Part shown: positions 29,713 to 32,000 of the stretch, piece by piece
How positions within the stretch are numbered: position 1 is the stretch's first letter
Layout: every line of letters begins with the position of its first letter
DNA from: Planctomycetales bacterium
Lineage (GTDB): Bacteria > 4484-113 > JAFGCY01
Direction of reading: 5' to 3'
Assembly: GCA_022646745.1 (NCBI GenBank)
Contig: CP060262.1
Coordinates: forward strand, 420,001 to 452,000
DNA: 32,000 nucleotides
Notes under the pieces: model-generated
Told to the model about the DNA's origin: nothing
The model's database searches: none
The model's input: the letters and a program-made list of their open reading frames with translations, nothing else
Made by a program: the position numbers and the translations under genes

Positions 29713-30756
29713 ATGAGAGTACTGGTCATCGGCGGCAGCCGCTTCATCGGCTGGCATACCGTGCAGCGACTGCTTGACAACGGGCACCATGTGACGGTGT
29801 TCCACCGTGGCAATACGGAAGCCAGCTGGCCCGGGCATGAGGTCGAGGAGATCCTCGGCGACATGAACGAACTGGCGGATTACCGCCAGCAGTTCGTCGA
29901 GGCGCGGCCGGACGTGGTCTACCACAACATGGTGATCCGCGAGGTGGATGCGAAGCTGCTGTGCGAGGTGTTCGACGGCATCGCTGATCGCAGCGTGATG
30001 GTCAGCAGCATGGATGTCTACCGCGTGTTCGGCCGGATCCTCGGCACTGAACCCGGTGAGCCGATCGAAGGCCCGATCACCGAGGACAGCCCGCTCAGGG
30101 AGCAGCTCTACCCCTACCGCGGCAAGGAGCCGCGCCCGGCTGACGACCCGCGCCGTGTGATGGATGACTATGACAAGATCCCGGCTGAGCAGGTGGTGCT
30201 GTCTCACCGCACCCTGCCCGGCTGTGTTGTCAGGCTGCCGATGGTCTATGGTCCACGGGACTGGCAACGCCGGATGTTCCCCTACCTCAGGCAGATGCTG
30301 GACGACCGGCCCTACATCGCGCTGGACTCCGACGCCCTGTCCTGGCGCTGCGCGCGCGGCTACGTGGAGAACATTGCACACGGCATCACGTTGGCAATCG
30401 AGAAGCCTGAGAGTGCGGGGCGGCTGTACAACCTGTGCGAGCCTGTCGGCACCGAGCAGCAGTGGATCGAGCGCATCGGCCGGGCCCAGGGCTGGGACGG
30501 ACAGGTGCTGAGCGTGCCACGCGAGCACTGGGAGAAGCACCTGAAGTGCGAGGCGCATACACAGCACCACCTTGACGTCTCCAGCGCGCGGATCCGCGAG
30601 GAACTGGGCTACAGCGAGATCATCGACCCGCAGACCGCCGCCCTGCGCACCGTTGAGTGGGAACGTGACAACGAGCCGGACCAGTACGATGCGAGCATGT
30701 TCGACTACGAGTCGATTGACAAGATGCTGCGCGCCCCGCGCAACGCCAGGGCCTGA
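29713..30756 (+). CDS. NAD(P)-dependent epimerase/dehydratase-family (extended SDR) protein
   Basis: MRVLVIGGSRFIGWHTVQRLLDNGHHVTVFHRG is a Rossmann GxxGxxG N-terminus. The 347-aa length is typical of extended SDRs. GGAGAG lies upstream. Confidence 0.75.
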   Translation: MRVLVIGGSRFIGWHTVQRLLDNGHHVTVFHRGNTEASWPGHEVEEILGDMNELADYRQQFVEARPDVVYHNMVIREVDAKLLCEVFDGIADRSVMVSSMDVYRVFGRILGTEPGEPIEGPITEDSPLREQLYPYRGKEPRPADDPRRVMDDYDKIPAEQVVLSHRTLPGCVVRLPMVYGPRDWQRRMFPYLRQMLDDRPYIALDSDALSWRCARGYVENIAHGITLAIEKPESAGRLYNLCEPVGTEQQWIERIGRAQGWDGQVLSVPREHWEKHLKCEAHTQHHLDVSSARIREELGYSEIIDPQTAALRTVEWERDNEPDQYDASMFDYESIDKMLRAPRNARA

Positions 30757-30764
30757 GCGTTAAG

Positions 30765-31898
30765 CTACTTCTCCGCGAACTTGCCGCCGAGCTGGCCACA
30801 GGCCGCCCCGACATCCTGTCCGCGTGAGCGGCGCACCGTGACCGGCACGCCCTTCGATGCCAGCAACTGCGCGAAGTGATCGATGCGATCCTCACTGGTG
30901 CCACGGAAGCCGGCGGAGGGGATCGGGTTGTAGCTGATCAGGTTGACATGCACCGGCAGCGGCTGCATGCGCGCCGGCTTCTCCTGCATCTCGGCATCCA
31001 GCACCACCGGGTGGTCCTGCGGCAGGCCCTTGAAACGGGCGAAGTCCACCAGCCGGCGGGCGTCGTCATCACTGTCATTGCTGCCGCTGATCAGGGTGTA
31101 CTCGATGCTGACCTTGCCGCCGTTGACACGGCGGTAGTAGTACAGCGCCGCCATCAGCTCCATGATGTCATGCGTGGCCTCGGGCATCTGCTCGCGGCGC
31201 TTGGCCTCGGTGGTGAAGTGCAGTGACAACGCGAGGTTGACACGCGGGAATGTGTCCGCCAGCTTGAGCATCGGCTGCACGATGCCGACCGTTGACACCG
31301 TGATGCGGCGCGGGCTCCAGTTGCGTCCCTGCTCGCCGCAGAGGATCTCCACCACGCGGCGCAGCGCGCGTAGGTTCAGCAGCGGCTCACCCATCCCCAT
31401 GAACACGATGCGGTCAACGGTCTGGCCACTGTCCTGCTCGGCGAGATAGAGCTGTTGCAGGATCTCGCCCGCTGACAACCAGCTGCGCAGCCCCATGTGC
31501 CCGGTCTCGCAGAACTTGCAGGCCATCGGGCAGCCGCTCTGGGAGCTGATGCACAGCGTGCAGCCGTACTTGCTGGGCATCACGACGGATTCAATCGGGT
31601 CGTTGCCACGGGTCAGGAAGGCGTACTTGATGCTGCCGTCGCGGCTGTCCAGCCTGACAACCTGCCTGAGCGGGGCGTGGTCGAACTTCTCCGCCAGCTT
31701 CTCGCGCAGGGCTGCCGGCAGGTTGGTCATCTGCGCCGGTTCATGCACATTCTTGACGTGCAGCCAGTCGAACACCTGCTTCGCGCGGAAGGCCGGCTCA
31801 CCGAGCGCGGTGAACTCCTCCGCGAGGCGCTCCATGCTCAGGTCCAGCAGGCGGTGCTTCTGCTGCGGGGCTTCCTCTGTGAGCGGCTGCTCTACCAT
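30765..31898 (-). CDS. rlmN: 23S rRNA/tRNA (adenine-C2)-methyltransferase RlmN (radical SAM)
   Basis: FRAKQVFDWLH N-terminal motif, radical-SAM cluster CPMACKFCETG, GMGEPLLN, and C-terminal GQDVGAACGQL. All are typical of RlmN/Cfr-family enzymes. Confidence 0.9.
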   Translation of the reverse strand: MVEQPLTEEAPQQKHRLLDLSMERLAEEFTALGEPAFRAKQVFDWLHVKNVHEPAQMTNLPAALREKLAEKFDHAPLRQVVRLDSRDGSIKYAFLTRGNDPIESVVMPSKYGCTLCISSQSGCPMACKFCETGHMGLRSWLSAGEILQQLYLAEQDSGQTVDRIVFMGMGEPLLNLRALRRVVEILCGEQGRNWSPRRITVSTVGIVQPMLKLADTFPRVNLALSLHFTTEAKRREQMPEATHDIMELMAALYYYRRVNGGKVSIEYTLISGSNDSDDDARRLVDFARFKGLPQDHPVVLDAEMQEKPARMQPLPVHVNLISYNPIPSAGFRGTSEDRIDHFAQLLASKGVPVTVRRSRGQDVGAACGQLGGKFAEK

Positions 31899-32000
31899 TT
31901 CTCCGGATCCTCAGGCAGCGGGAAGTCCAGCCCGAGGATCTCGCCGGCCCGCTTGAGGTAGGCGGCCTGCGGGCCCTGCATGTACTTGTACATGTACTTC
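31892..32000 (-). CDS. 3' end of an unidentified gene, overlapping the rlmN start
   Basis: The minus-strand frame reads ...KYMYKYMQGPQAAYLKRAGEILGLDFPLPEDPEKW*. Its TAG stop (31894-31892) overlaps the rlmN start as ATGGTAG. Too short to name. Confidence 0.5.
   Translation of the reverse strand, partial: KYMYKYMQGPQAAYLKRAGEILGLDFPLPEDPEKW

Noticed and set aside
20781-30570. Shadow ORFs across the paralog array and the SDR gene, for example 20781..21416, 23087..23593(-), 23485..24087(-), 23535..24173(-), 23801..24403(-), 25362..25862(-), 27183..27725(-), 27386..27928(-), 28305..29036(-), 29046..29864(-) and 29578..30570(-)
   Set aside because: The plus-strand frames are supported by paralog conservation, TM hairpins and coupled start/stop junctions. 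The antisense frames have none of these.
1-32000. tRNA, rRNA or tmRNA genes
   Set aside because: No cloverleaf-like segment with a GTTCGAATC-type T-arm, and no rRNA-like conserved stretch, was seen in any intergenic region on either strand.

Overview
High-GC (about 62-64% by eye) bacterial chromosomal segment with about 40 protein-coding genes. I saw no rRNA, tRNA, CRISPR array, transposase or integrase. Left third: a partial MoeA-like gene, a low-GC orphan ORF inside a repeat-built palindromic intergenic element, a secreted TPR protein, and three paralogous secreted or lipoprotein beta-propeller proteins with Asp-box-like repeats. Middle: a sharp AT-rich island, an NfeD-flotillin pair, a small zinc-ribbon protein, a MobA-like nucleotidyltransferase, a ModA-like binding lipoprotein, a CydA-like/cytochrome c fusion with a membrane partner, and mscL. 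Right third (about 19.9-29.7 kb) holds the most unusual feature: a tightly packed, translationally coupled plus-strand array of about 12 small paralogous membrane proteins. Each has a variable N-tail, a two-TM hairpin and a conserved soluble module. I cannot assign them to any named family. The array is followed by an SDR epimerase-like gene, rlmN and a partial gene. Four signals cut across the window: (1) intergenic regions built from degenerate 6-8 nt microsatellite-like units arranged as inverted arms, often absorbing the stop codon of the adjacent gene; (2) TAGAAT/TANNNT hexamers 6-9 nt upstream of several start codons, the leaderless-mRNA configuration; (3) roughly five-fold over-representation of the hexamer TTGACA inside genes; (4) compositional mosaicism among the paralogs. 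Product calls come from my reading of the translated ORFs and no database search was run. Most other long ORFs in the supplied track are antisense or off-frame shadows typical of high-GC DNA.
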